64,000 nt of DNA from Verrucomicrobiota bacterium (GTDB taxonomy: Bacteria > Verrucomicrobiota > Verrucomicrobiia > Limisphaerales > JAFGQR01): NCBI GenBank assembly GCA_016935555.1, contig JAFGQR010000011.1, positions 21,011 through 85,010 of the forward strand, read 5' to 3'. This document shows positions 32,597 through 42,740 of this stretch, in pieces; position 1 is the first letter of the stretch, and every line of letters begins with the position of its first letter. Made by a program: the position numbers and the translations under genes. The notes beneath the pieces are model-generated. The model saw nothing but the letters and a program-made list of their open reading frames with translations, had not been told where the DNA came from and ran no database searches.

Positions 32597-33325
32597 ATGC
32601 GAAACTCGCACTCGATCTGGCCGGCGGCCCGGCTTCTTGTCGTCCTGCCGTTGCTGGCGCTGACGCAGCCGACGCACGCGTCGGCGCAGCCTGCAACGCC
32701 CCGGTTCCCAACCGCCGAGGAAATCTCACGCAAGTTCCTCTCTGTCCACCCCAAGCCGAGGAATGACGCGGAGCGGAAGATCATCCTCGTCATGGAAGAC
32801 ATGTTCGCCACGCAAGCTCGCGGGATGGGCAACATTCTGCCCGAGGATGGCCGGATGCTGCGCATGCTTGCGGAGTCGCTTGGAGCCAGGCGCATCGTCG
32901 AGGTCGGCACGGCCAACGGCTACTCTGCCATGTGGTTCTGCCTGGCGCTGCGGTCCACGGGCGGCAAGCTCATCACCCACGAGATCGATCCGAAGCGCAT
33001 CGCCCTGGCGCGAGACAACTTCAAACGGGCGGACGTCGAAGACCTCGTCACCTTGGTCGAGGGCGACGCCCACAGAACCGTTCAGCGCCTTGAGGACTCC
33101 GTGGACCTCGTGCTGCTCGACGCCGAAAAGCAAGGCTTCACCGACTACCTGGAGAAGCTGCTGCCGCGGGTCCGCATTGGCGGGCTGATCATTGCCCACG
33201 ACTCCTCGGGGCAGGCGGCACAAATGCACGGTTATTTTCGGGCCCTCGTTGCCAACTCCGACTTGGAAACCGTGTTCGTGGACGCCTCGCGTTGGGGCAT
33301 GTGCATCACCCGCAAAATGCGTTGA
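32597..33325 (+). CDS. Class I SAM-dependent O-methyltransferase (catechol-OMT-like) with N-terminal signal peptide
   Basis: It has an SAM-binding motif (IVEVGTANGYSAMWF), the segment VLLDAEKQGFTDY and a predicted signal peptide (AARLLVVLPLLALTQPTHASA). Confidence 0.8.
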   Translation: MRNSHSIWPAARLLVVLPLLALTQPTHASAQPATPRFPTAEEISRKFLSVHPKPRNDAERKIILVMEDMFATQARGMGNILPEDGRMLRMLAESLGARRIVEVGTANGYSAMWFCLALRSTGGKLITHEIDPKRIALARDNFKRADVEDLVTLVEGDAHRTVQRLEDSVDLVLLDAEKQGFTDYLEKLLPRVRIGGLIIAHDSSGQAAQMHGYFRALVANSDLETVFVDASRWGMCITRKMR

Positions 33326-33499
33326 AGCGTCGGCCTTCACGTCGCGCGCGCACGACGGGCGCCCCGTGGCCGCGGCGTCGGTGAGCGCAGGCCGCACCAA
33401 TGCCGCCAGCACCGCCAGGATAGCCACCACCACCAGGAGTTCGAGCCGCGTGAACGCTTGGCCGTTCCGGCCAAAGAATCGTGATGAATGAGCCAACAA
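33326..33499 (-). pseudogene. Fragment encoding only a prepilin-type N-terminal cleavage/methylation helix
   Basis: GQAFTRLELLVVVAILAVLAAL is the classical G/FT(L/R)xELLVV motif. The remainder of track ORF 32726..33499 is antisense to the well-supported methyltransferase and has no pilin-like features. Confidence 0.35.
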
Positions 33500-35058
33500 C
33501 TTCAGCCCTGGCGCTCGCCAGGAAGGATTTCGACACGGTGGTGTTTGACCTCGACGGCGTCGTCACCCGCACCGCCACGGTCCACGCGGCCGCCTGGAAA
33601 CAACTGTTCGACGCCTACCGTGAGGACCGCCTGCGGCGCAACCTGCCGGCGTATGAGCCGTTCGACATCGGCCACGACTATCGGCTCTACGTGGACGGCA
33701 AACCGCGCTACGACGGCATCCGGAGCTTCCTGGAGGCGCGCGGCATCGACCTCCCTTACGGCCATCGACAGGACCCGCCGGAGGCGGAAACCGTCTGCGG
33801 CCTTGGCAACCGCAAGAACATTCTGTTTCAGCAGCAGCTGGAACGGACAGGCGTCCAGGTTTACGACTCCACCCTCCGGCTGATCCGGGCATTGCGCGCC
33901 CGCGGCTTCAAGGTGGCCATCATCTCCGCAAGCGAGAACTGCTCGGCAATCCTCGAGGCGGTGCAGGCCCGGGACCTGTTTCATGCGCAGGTCGACGGCA
34001 AGGTGGCTGCCGCACTCGGCTTGAATGGCAAGCCGGCCCCGGACGTGTTCCTCGAGGCAGCCCGGCGGCTCGGAAGCGACCCCGCCCGCACCGTGGTGGT
34101 CGAGGACGCCCTGGCAGGGGTGGAAGCGGGGCGGCGGGGCGGATTTGGGCTGGTGATTGGCGTCGATCGCACCGGGAAACCGGAACGCCTCAAGGAACAT
34201 GGCGCGCATGTCGTGGTGTCCGATCTCGCCGCCGTCACCGTCGACGCCACCCACCCCGCCACCACCGTCACCACTGCCAACCTGCCCTCGGCCCTCCAGC
34301 ACGTGGAAGAACTGACCGGATCCACACCCCGAAAACTGGCCGTCTTTTTGGATTACGACGGAACCTTGACGCCCATCGTCGCCCATCCCGAAGACGCCCT
34401 CCTGAGCAGCCCCATGCGCGACACCGTGCGGCGGCTCGCCCACGCGCACCCCGTCGCCGTCGTCAGCGGGCGGGACCTGGCCGACGTGCGCGGGCGGGTG
34501 GGCCTGGACGAAATCATCTACGCCGGCAGCCACGGGTTCGACATCGCCGGGCCGGGCGGGTTGCGCAGGGAACACCCTGAGGCCCAGGCGAGCCTCGCGG
34601 CGCTCGACGAGGCCGAAACCGTGCTGCGGGAAAGGACGGCTGCGATTCCCGGCGCGCAGATCGAGCGCAAAAAGTACTCCGTTGCCATTCACTTCCGCAA
34701 CGTGGAGCCGACCCGGGTGCCCGAGGTGGAACCGGTTGTCGACGCCGTGGCGGCCCGGCACTCGATTCTTCGCAAGGGGCACGGGAAAAAAGTGTTCGAG
34801 CTTCAGCCCAACCTGGACTGGCACAAGGGCCGCGCCGTGGCCTGGCTGCTGCAGACGCTGGACCTGGACTCGCCGGGGGTGCTCCCGATTTACCTGGGCG
34901 ACGATCTCACCGACGAAGACGCCTTCGAGGCCTTGCGCCGTCGCGGCGTCGGCATCGTCGTGCGCGATGAGCCGCGTCCCACGGCCGCGCGCTACGCCCT
35001 TGAGAATGTCGCTGAAGTGCAGGCGTTCCTCAACCGGCTCCTCACCCACTCCCGATAA
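33484..35058 (+). CDS. Fusion protein: beta-phosphoglucomutase-like HAD domain + trehalose-6-phosphate phosphatase (OtsB-like) domain
   Basis: The N-terminal half has VVFDLDGVVT...GKPAPDVFLEAARRLG...VVEDALAGVEAG (HAD-IA, beta-PGM-like). The C-terminal half has LAVFLDYDGTLTPIV...VVSGR...IYLGDDLTDEDAF (T6PP motifs). Confidence 0.85.
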   Translation: MNEPTTSALALARKDFDTVVFDLDGVVTRTATVHAAAWKQLFDAYREDRLRRNLPAYEPFDIGHDYRLYVDGKPRYDGIRSFLEARGIDLPYGHRQDPPEAETVCGLGNRKNILFQQQLERTGVQVYDSTLRLIRALRARGFKVAIISASENCSAILEAVQARDLFHAQVDGKVAAALGLNGKPAPDVFLEAARRLGSDPARTVVVEDALAGVEAGRRGGFGLVIGVDRTGKPERLKEHGAHVVVSDLAAVTVDATHPATTVTTANLPSALQHVEELTGSTPRKLAVFLDYDGTLTPIVAHPEDALLSSPMRDTVRRLAHAHPVAVVSGRDLADVRGRVGLDEIIYAGSHGFDIAGPGGLRREHPEAQASLAALDEAETVLRERTAAIPGAQIERKKYSVAIHFRNVEPTRVPEVEPVVDAVAARHSILRKGHGKKVFELQPNLDWHKGRAVAWLLQTLDLDSPGVLPIYLGDDLTDEDAFEALRRRGVGIVVRDEPRPTAARYALENVAEVQAFLNRLLTHSR

Positions 35059-35065
35059 CCCGCCC

Positions 35066-37480
35066 ATGACCCACTGGAATCTGGTTTACGAAGGATTTGA
35101 CCCCGCCCGTGAAGGCCTCCGCGAGGCGCTCTGCACCCTGGGCAATGGCTACTTCGCCACCCGCGGCGCCGCGCCGGAGTCGGCGGCCGACGGCGTGCAT
35201 TACCCCGGCACCTACCTGGCGGGCGGCTACAACCGGCTCAGCACCGAGATCGCCGGCCGCGTGGTCGAGAATGAGGACCTGGTCAACCTGCCGAATTGGC
35301 TGTCCCTCGGCTTCCGCATAGGCGAGGACGAATGGTTCGATCTTCGCAAAGTCGAAACCCTCGCCTGCCGCCAGGAACTGGACCTGAAGGCCGGCCTGCT
35401 CTCCCGAACCGTCCGCTTCCGCGACGCCCGGGGCCGGCGCACCACCCTCGTCCAACGGCGCCTCGTGTCCATGGCCCACCCGCACCTGGCCGCCCTGGAA
35501 ACCACCTGGCTGGCCGAGAATTGGTCGGGCCCGATGGATATCCGGTCCGCCTTGGACGGCCGCGTCGTCAATGGCGGCGTGCCCCGCTACCGCAACCTCA
35601 ACGGCACCCACCTCGTCCCCGTCGCCACCGGCCGCGTGGGCCAAAACGGCATCTGCCTCAAGGTGCAAACGTCGCAGTCCGAACTGCGCATCGCCGAAGC
35701 CGCGCGGCTGCGGCTGTTTGTGGCCGAGCAAGGCGTCGAACCGCCGCTGCGCGTCGTCGAGGAACCGGGCTTCATCGCCCACCATGCCCGCGTGGAAGTC
35801 GCCCAAGGCCAGCCGCTGCGCGCCGAGAAGGTGATCGCCCTGTTCACGTCGCGCGACCGCGCCATCGCCGACTGCGCCCTGGCCGCCTGCGATGCCATCG
35901 GAACCGCGGGCGACGTGGATGTCTTGCGGCACGGCCAGGCGCTGGCGTGGCAGCGGTTGTGGGACCGGTTCGACGTGGAACTGGAACTGGCCAGTCCGGC
36001 CACCACCCCCAATCACACCAGCCTGATCCTCCACCTGCATGTCTTCCACCTGCTCCAAACCACGTCGCCCCATACCATCGACCTCGACGTCGGCGTGCCG
36101 TCGCGAGGCTGGCACGGCGAAGCCTACCGCGGTCACATCTTCTGGGACGAATTGTTCATCTTCCCCCTCCTCAACCTCCGCATCCCCGACATCACCCGGT
36201 CCCTGCTCAAATACCGGCAACGCCGCCTGGACGCCGCCCGGCGCGCCGCGCGGGCGGCGGGTTGCCAGGGCGCCATGTTCCCCTGGCAAAGCGGCAGCGA
36301 CGGGCGCGAGGAGACGCAGGTGGTCCACCTCAATCCGCAATCCGGCCGGTGGCTTCCCGATCATTCGCACCTCCAGCGCCACGTGAACGCGGCCATCGTC
36401 TACAACCTCTGGCAGTTCTACCAGGTCAGCGGCGACTTGGAGTTCCTCTGCTACCATGGCTCGGAAATCATCCTCGAAATCGCCCGCTTCTGGGCCAGCC
36501 TCGCCACCTTCAACAAACCCCTCGGCCGCTACGAAATCCGCGGCGTCATGGGACCCGATGAATACCACGACGCCTACCCCGGCGCGGACGAGCCCGGGCT
36601 GAACAACAACGCCTACACCAACCTCATGGTTGTCTGGGGACTCTGGCGGGCCCTGGACCTGCTCCAGATCCTGCCGGCCGAACACGGCGCGCGCCTCCGC
36701 CAAAAGCTGGCCCTCGAGGACGACGAAATCCGGCGCTGGGAAGACATCAGCCGCAAGATGCGGCTCGTGTTCCACGACGACGGCATCCTCAGCCAGTTCG
36801 AGGGCTACGCGGACTTGAAGGAATTCGACTGGGACACCTACCGCGCCCGGCATGGCTTGGCGATGCGACTCGACCGCATCCTCGAAGCCGAAGGCGACAC
36901 CCCCAACCGCTACAGGGCGTCCAAACAGGCCGACGTCCTCATGCTCTTCTACCTCTTCACCGCGGAGGAACTGCGCCAGCTCTTCGAACGCCTCGGCTAT
37001 CCGTTCGACCCGGCAATGATCCCCCGAAACGTCGAATACTACCTCCGCCGCACCTCCAACGGCTCCACCCTCAGCCAGGTGGTCAACGCCTGGGTGCTCG
37101 CCCGGTCGGACCGCGCCCGCTCCTGGGACTTGTTCACCCAGGCCCTGCAGAGCGACGTCGCCGACCTGCAAGGCGGCACCACGCCCGAAGGCATCCACCT
37201 CGGCGCCATGGCGGGCACCGTCGACCTCATCCAGCGCTGCTACCTGGGCCTCGAGCTGCGCCACGAAATCCTCTGGGTCAACCCCCAACTCCCCCACGAA
37301 CTCAAACGCCTCCGCCTCCGCCTGCGCTATCGCCAAGCCTCCATCTGCCTCGACGCCACCCACGACTCCCTCAGAATCCGCGCCGTCCATTGCCCCGCAG
37401 GACCGGTCCGGATCGGCTTCGGCGAACGCATCAGCGAGCTTCACGAGACTGACGAGATCGAACTGCAATCGCACGCTTAA
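35066..37480 (+). CDS. Glycoside hydrolase family 65 phosphorylase (trehalose/maltose/kojibiose-phosphorylase type)
   Basis: The start is set at MTHWNLVYEGFDP. GH65 signatures are present (EALCTLGNGYFATRG; GWHGEAYRGHIFWDELFIFP; MFPWQSGSDGREETQ; the segment IHLGAMAGT). Confidence 0.9.
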   Translation: MTHWNLVYEGFDPAREGLREALCTLGNGYFATRGAAPESAADGVHYPGTYLAGGYNRLSTEIAGRVVENEDLVNLPNWLSLGFRIGEDEWFDLRKVETLACRQELDLKAGLLSRTVRFRDARGRRTTLVQRRLVSMAHPHLAALETTWLAENWSGPMDIRSALDGRVVNGGVPRYRNLNGTHLVPVATGRVGQNGICLKVQTSQSELRIAEAARLRLFVAEQGVEPPLRVVEEPGFIAHHARVEVAQGQPLRAEKVIALFTSRDRAIADCALAACDAIGTAGDVDVLRHGQALAWQRLWDRFDVELELASPATTPNHTSLILHLHVFHLLQTTSPHTIDLDVGVPSRGWHGEAYRGHIFWDELFIFPLLNLRIPDITRSLLKYRQRRLDAARRAARAAGCQGAMFPWQSGSDGREETQVVHLNPQSGRWLPDHSHLQRHVNAAIVYNLWQFYQVSGDLEFLCYHGSEIILEIARFWASLATFNKPLGRYEIRGVMGPDEYHDAYPGADEPGLNNNAYTNLMVVWGLWRALDLLQILPAEHGARLRQKLALEDDEIRRWEDISRKMRLVFHDDGILSQFEGYADLKEFDWDTYRARHGLAMRLDRILEAEGDTPNRYRASKQADVLMLFYLFTAEELRQLFERLGYPFDPAMIPRNVEYYLRRTSNGSTLSQVVNAWVLARSDRARSWDLFTQALQSDVADLQGGTTPEGIHLGAMAGTVDLIQRCYLGLELRHEILWVNPQLPHELKRLRLRLRYRQASICLDATHDSLRIRAVHCPAGPVRIGFGERISELHETDEIELQSHA

Positions 37481-37880
37481 CGGTCGCCCATGGCAAGCCG
37501 CAGACTCCGACGTCTCGGGGCGCGGGGGCTTGCCCCCCGCGCTCCAGCGCCGCAAAAAGCTTTCCTCGGGCTCGTTGCGTGCTTAGGCTGCCTCCCATGG
37601 GAACGCGATGGCCTTCCGAGACCGCGGAACGGTGCGGCGGCCGCAACGGGTCACGCAGAATGGACCGGATGGCCGGTTGGGGAGTGCTGACACAGGCAAG
37701 GAAAGGCCCCGGCCCCGCGCGCAGGTTGGTCCCAGGCCTGATAAGGGTCGAACGGCCTCGTCGGCGGCGTGGACGTCTGGATGGTCCGCAGCATGGGACA
37801 GACTGCGGAGCCGGCCAGCCCGGCCATCGTTGCTCGACGCATCTGTCTGATCCTCACGGCCGCCATCCAAGCGTATCGTC

Positions 37881-40800
37881 ATGAGCCGACTGCTCTCAGG
37901 CCATAGCATCGCCCGCAGGCTGCCCATAGGTGTCGGACTCGCCGCGGGACTGGTGCTCGGATTGACCGTGTGGTTCAACGACCGTGTCAGCCGCGACGAA
38001 CTGGAACGGCAGACGAACGCCAAGGCGGTCGCCGAGATCGCCGCCGCCGCGCGACAGCTCGATGAATTCCTCATGCGCATCGGCACGTTGCCCCGTGCCA
38101 TTGCCGTTCGACAACGGGCGTTCGGACACGATCCTGATCCGGGGATGGTTCCCTTTCTGCGCGGCCTCCTGCATCACATGCCGGAGGAGGAGGTCTATGG
38201 GTTGTATATCGCCTACGACGAGAAGGACTGGCGGGATCCGACGGCGTGCCTGGCGATCCACCGCAGGTTTTGGCCGGAGCTGACCCCGGTGGATTACGAT
38301 TTCCACGATCCGCGGCAGGAGTGGTATCACGGCCCGAAGCGGACCCGCAGGTTCTATGTCACCGAGCCGTACTTCGACGAAGGGGCGGGCAATGTCAGCA
38401 TGGTCAGCCTGACCACCCCGGTTTTCGATCAAGCCACGAACTTCCTCGGCGTGGCGGGAGCGGACCTGGCGCTGGACCGAATTCGGGCAATGGTGCGAAC
38501 GATCCGCTTGTCCGAAGGCCGGCGTGGCCGCACCAGTGAATTCGCCTGCCTGGTCAGCCGCTCGGGAAAAATCATCGCGCATCCGCGGGCGGAACTCATG
38601 CTCCGCAAAGGTTTTGCCGGCGCCGATCTGGCGAGTCGCCCGGGTGGAGAAGTCGCGGCGGCAAAGCCCGAGGGATTTGCGGCGACGCTGGACAATAACG
38701 AACGCCGAAGGATCTACTGGGCAACGTCCCCGTTGACCGGCTGGAAAATTCTCCTCAACATTCCCGAAGACGCGATTCTCGATCCGGTGCGCCAACTGAC
38801 CCTGCGCTCCGCGGTGGCCGGTCTGCTGGGGTTGCTCGTGCTGGTATTCGTGGTTGCCACCGTCGCACGACGCTTCACCCGGCCCCTCGCAAGCCTGACC
38901 CGCGCGGCGGCCGCGATCGAACAGGGCGCGTTTCGCGAGGAAATGTTGGGCGATCTCCCGGCCCATCGCGACGAAATTGGCGAACTGGCGCACAGCCTCC
39001 GGAAAATGGCCCGCGAAATCCAGGCTCGCGAGCAAAGTCTGGCCGACCTGAATCAGAATCTGGAACGGACGGTCACCCAGCGCACCGCGGAACTGACCGC
39101 GCGCGCCGGCGAATTGGAACGACTGACACGCCAGTCGGAGGAGCGGGCCGTTTTGGAATCAAGCCTGTCGGCGCTTAACACGAGTCTGCGTGGAAATCTG
39201 ACGTCCGCTCAAGTCGCGGAAAAGGGTCTGGCCGGCGCGGTCGAATTCCTCGGCGCGCCTGCCGGCGCGTTGTTTGTGGCGGGCGCAGACGGGGCCTTGC
39301 ATCGTGTGGCGGCGCACGCCTATCCGGCCAGTGCCGGCCTTCCGGAGTCCTTTGCCCCCGGCAGCGGCGTCGTGGGGCAAGCCGCGCAGTCCCGTCATCC
39401 TCTTGGCACCGCCCCGGGGGACGAGCGGCTCCGCGTGCATTTCGGCTTCGGGGCCGTGGCGCCCGCACACGTTGTGGCTTATCCGCTGCTTGCCGACGAC
39501 GCTGCGGTCGGAGTGCTGGAGCTTTGTTTGTTCAAGCCGCTCACCGAAAGCCAAACCCGCTGGTTGGAGAAGGCAGCCGGAACGGTGGCCAACGCCCTGC
39601 GCTTCGCGCTCGAAAGCGACGAACGCAAGGAAGCCGAGGAACGCGTCAACGCTTACTTCACCAGTTCGAGCGATGGACTGCTTATCCTGTCTGCCGAGCA
39701 CCAGTTCATCCATGCAAACGAGGCGGCTCTGGCACTGTTCGGTTTTCAGCGGATGGCGGACTTGGCCCATTGCGGCCCGGGAATGCTTTCCCCGGAACGC
39801 CAGCCCAATGGCGAGCTCTCGCGGGAGGCGGCCCTCGATCGCATCAAGACCGCCATGCGCATGGACAAGCCTTATCGTTTCGATTGGGTTCACAAGCGCC
39901 GGGACGGCACGGAATTTCCCTGCGAGATCACCCTGATCCGGATTATGCTGCGCGGCAACCCGGCCCAGCTCACCATCATCCGCGATATCACGGAGCGCAA
40001 ACGCAACGAGCAAGCCCTCGCCGAGAGCGAACGCAGGGTGCGCCGAATCCTCGAAACCTCCACCGAAGGGTTTTGCCGCGTGGATAACGAGGGCCGCTTG
40101 ATCGAAGTCAACGACAGCATGTGCCAGATCCTCGGCCGCGTCCGCGACCAGGTCCTTGGCCGCCATATCTACGACTTCGCGGACGCCGAAAACGCGGGCA
40201 TTTTCCGGGAGAACATTGCGCGCCGGGCGAAAGGCGAGTTTGGCTCCTATGAAGTGTCGTTTCTTCGGCCTGACGCCACGCTGGTGCCCTGCCGGGTCAA
40301 CGCCAGTCCGCTCGTGGATGAGCACGGCGTGAAACAGGGGTCGTTCGGAATGTTCACGGACATCACGCAGCAGAAGCGTGCTGCGGACGAATTGCACGAG
40401 GCGAAAGCCAGGGCCGAAGAAGCCACCCGGCTCAAATCCATGTTCCTGGCAAACATGAGCCACGAAATTCGCACGCCGATGAACGCGATCATCGGCCTGT
40501 CGCACCTCGCCCTCAAAACACAACTGTCCCCCAAGCAGCGCGATTACGTCTCCAAGGTCCACAACGCGGGCACATCCCTCCTGGCTGTCATTAACGACAT
40601 CCTCGACTTCTCCAAAATCGAGGCCGGCAAGCTCGACCTCGAAACCACCAGCTTCAAGCTGGATGACGTCCTCAGTTCGGTCATCACCCTCACCGCGCAG
40701 AAGGCGCACGAGAAAGGGATCGAGTTTCTCGCGCACGTCGCGCAGGGCATCCCCGACGTGCTCCTCGGGGACCCGCTCCGCCTCGGCCAGATCCTCACGA

Positions 40801-42716
40801 ACTTCGTCAACAACGCCGTCAAGTTCACCGAGCACGGTGAAATCCGACTCGAAATCCAAAAGCTCGAACGCACCGGCGACAAGGTGCAACTTAAGTTCTC
40901 CGTCCGGGATACCGGCATCGGCGTGACGCGGGAGCAGGCGGCGAAACTGTTCCAGCCGTTCACGCAAGCCGACATGTCCACCACCCGCAAACACGGCGGC
41001 ACCGGCCTCGGTCTCACCATTTGCCGGCGGCTGGTCGAGTTGATGGGGGGGCGCATCTGGCTGGAAAGCGAGCCCGGCACCGGCAGCACGTTCTTCTTCA
41101 CGGTCTGGCTCGGCGTCGGCAGGTCCCAGGGCGCGGGCAAGGCCATTCCTGAGCGGCTCGCGAAGCTCCGCGTGCTCGTGGTGGATGACAACCCCGCCGC
41201 ACGCGAAATCCTGCAGGAAGCGTTGAGCACCGTCACAAGTCGCGTCGATGCGGTGGCATCGGGACGCGAGGCCATCGCCGCCATTGAGCAACAGGACGCC
41301 GGCGACCCCTACGACATCGTGTTCATGGACTGGCGGATGCCGGGCTTGGACGGCGTGCAAACCAGCCGCCACCTCAAGCGCGCCGAGACCTTGAAGCATC
41401 CGCCTCACATCGTGCTCGTCACAGCCTTCGACTGCGAGGAGGCCCGCGAAGAAGCCGAGCGCCTCCAGCTCGAGGCTTATCTCGTCAAGCCCGTCACCCC
41501 GTCCATGCTCGTGGACACACTCGTCAACCTGTTCGCCAATGCCGGGGAAACCGCCGTCGCCCCCCAACCCAGCGGGCACACGATGCGTTTGGACCGGGTC
41601 CGTGTCCTTCTGGTGGAAGACAACGACCTCAATCAGCAAATCGCCGTCGAGCTTCTGGAAGGCGCCGGCGCAAGCGTGCGTGTCGCCAACCACGGACGCG
41701 ACGCGGTCGGGATTCTGGAGTCCGGCCCGCAGCCGCCACCGTTCGACGTGGTGTTGATGGACCTGCAAATGCCCGAAATGGACGGCTACCAGGCGACGGC
41801 CAGGCTCCGGACCGACCCGCGTTTCCGCACCCTGCCGATCGTGGCGATGACGGCCCACGCCACGCTTGAGGAACGCCAGCGCTGTCTCGCCAGCGGGATG
41901 AACGATCATGTCGCCAAACCCATTGACCCGGAACACCTTGTGGAAACGGTGAAGCGCTGCTCCAAACCCCCGCCCGCCGGCGCCCCCGCCAATCCACTTC
42001 CAAACTCAAATCCGTTTGAAGGCCAGATGAACAAGGAACGCGAAAACCGCCCAAAGGCCCCGGGCACGGCCCAAGCAAGCCGCCCCGAAACTCGCGCTCC
42101 GGAACACGACCAGCTTCCCACCATCGCCGGCCTCGACACGAACGACGGTCTGAGCCGCGTCGCCGGCAACCGACCCCTGTACGTGCGCTTGCTTCGCCAG
42201 TTCATGGAACAACAGGCGAACGCGCCGGCGCAAATTCGCGAACAACTTCAAGCCGGCGATGGGGCCGCTGCCGAGCGAACGGCACACACGGTCCAAGGCG
42301 TCGCCGGCAATCTCGGCGCGAACACGGTCCACGCGGCGGCTGCGGCACTGGAAAAGGCGCTCCGCGACCGCCTTTCCTCCGATGAGGTCGAAACCCTCCG
42401 GCAACGCTTCGCGACGGCGCTCGGCGCCCTGCTTGAGCCGCTGCGCGCCATGCTGGGTGAGCCGCCCCCGGCCCCCGCCACGGTTCCTGCCGCAACGGTT
42501 GACCCGGAGCGGGCGGCACCGGTCGTCACGCTCATGCTCAAACAACTCTCGGATTTCGATGCGGCCGCAGCCGAGACGTTGGACGCTCACCGCGCGTTGT
42601 TTGCCGCGCTCCTCCCCGCCGGGCAGTTCGGGCAGTTCGAGCAGCACCTTCAGGGTTATGCCTTCGCCGAGGCCCACGCGCTGCTGGAGGCCGCCGCGCA
42701 GGCGTGGAGGCGGTGA
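37881..42716 (+). CDS. Hybrid sensor histidine kinase: TM-Cache-TM-HAMP-GAF-PAS-PAS-HisKA-HATPase-REC-REC-HPt
   Basis: The 1611-aa protein has a Cache-like periplasmic region between two TM segments and a HAMP domain (RPLASLTRAAAAIEQG). It has a GAF domain, two PAS domains (IIRDITERKRNEQAL; FTDITQQKRAADEL) and an H-box (MSHEIRTPMNAIIG). The G-boxes are DTGIG and GGTGLGL. Two receiver domains (VLVVDDNP...FMDWRMPGLDG; VLLVEDND...LMDLQMPEMDG) are followed by a C-terminal HPt (AHTVQGVAGNLGA). Confidence 0.95.
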   Translation: MSRLLSGHSIARRLPIGVGLAAGLVLGLTVWFNDRVSRDELERQTNAKAVAEIAAAARQLDEFLMRIGTLPRAIAVRQRAFGHDPDPGMVPFLRGLLHHMPEEEVYGLYIAYDEKDWRDPTACLAIHRRFWPELTPVDYDFHDPRQEWYHGPKRTRRFYVTEPYFDEGAGNVSMVSLTTPVFDQATNFLGVAGADLALDRIRAMVRTIRLSEGRRGRTSEFACLVSRSGKIIAHPRAELMLRKGFAGADLASRPGGEVAAAKPEGFAATLDNNERRRIYWATSPLTGWKILLNIPEDAILDPVRQLTLRSAVAGLLGLLVLVFVVATVARRFTRPLASLTRAAAAIEQGAFREEMLGDLPAHRDEIGELAHSLRKMAREIQAREQSLADLNQNLERTVTQRTAELTARAGELERLTRQSEERAVLESSLSALNTSLRGNLTSAQVAEKGLAGAVEFLGAPAGALFVAGADGALHRVAAHAYPASAGLPESFAPGSGVVGQAAQSRHPLGTAPGDERLRVHFGFGAVAPAHVVAYPLLADDAAVGVLELCLFKPLTESQTRWLEKAAGTVANALRFALESDERKEAEERVNAYFTSSSDGLLILSAEHQFIHANEAALALFGFQRMADLAHCGPGMLSPERQPNGELSREAALDRIKTAMRMDKPYRFDWVHKRRDGTEFPCEITLIRIMLRGNPAQLTIIRDITERKRNEQALAESERRVRRILETSTEGFCRVDNEGRLIEVNDSMCQILGRVRDQVLGRHIYDFADAENAGIFRENIARRAKGEFGSYEVSFLRPDATLVPCRVNASPLVDEHGVKQGSFGMFTDITQQKRAADELHEAKARAEEATRLKSMFLANMSHEIRTPMNAIIGLSHLALKTQLSPKQRDYVSKVHNAGTSLLAVINDILDFSKIEAGKLDLETTSFKLDDVLSSVITLTAQKAHEKGIEFLAHVAQGIPDVLLGDPLRLGQILTNFVNNAVKFTEHGEIRLEIQKLERTGDKVQLKFSVRDTGIGVTREQAAKLFQPFTQADMSTTRKHGGTGLGLTICRRLVELMGGRIWLESEPGTGSTFFFTVWLGVGRSQGAGKAIPERLAKLRVLVVDDNPAAREILQEALSTVTSRVDAVASGREAIAAIEQQDAGDPYDIVFMDWRMPGLDGVQTSRHLKRAETLKHPPHIVLVTAFDCEEAREEAERLQLEAYLVKPVTPSMLVDTLVNLFANAGETAVAPQPSGHTMRLDRVRVLLVEDNDLNQQIAVELLEGAGASVRVANHGRDAVGILESGPQPPPFDVVLMDLQMPEMDGYQATARLRTDPRFRTLPIVAMTAHATLEERQRCLASGMNDHVAKPIDPEHLVETVKRCSKPPPAGAPANPLPNSNPFEGQMNKERENRPKAPGTAQASRPETRAPEHDQLPTIAGLDTNDGLSRVAGNRPLYVRLLRQFMEQQANAPAQIREQLQAGDGAAAERTAHTVQGVAGNLGANTVHAAAAALEKALRDRLSSDEVETLRQRFATALGALLEPLRAMLGEPPPAPATVPAATVDPERAAPVVTLMLKQLSDFDAAAAETLDAHRALFAALLPAGQFGQFEQHLQGYAFAEAHALLEAAAQAWRR

Positions 42717-42740
42717 CGTGTTTGTTGTCGTGCCCCACCC

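Noticed and set aside
32726-33499. A 257-aa ORF begins with a perfect prepilin-type N-terminal motif, suggesting a full-length pseudopilin gene.
   Set aside because: After the ~25-aa hydrophobic helix, the ORF is antisense to the well-supported O-methyltransferase and shows no pilin or DUF1559-like features. I kept only the 5' fragment as a probable remnant.
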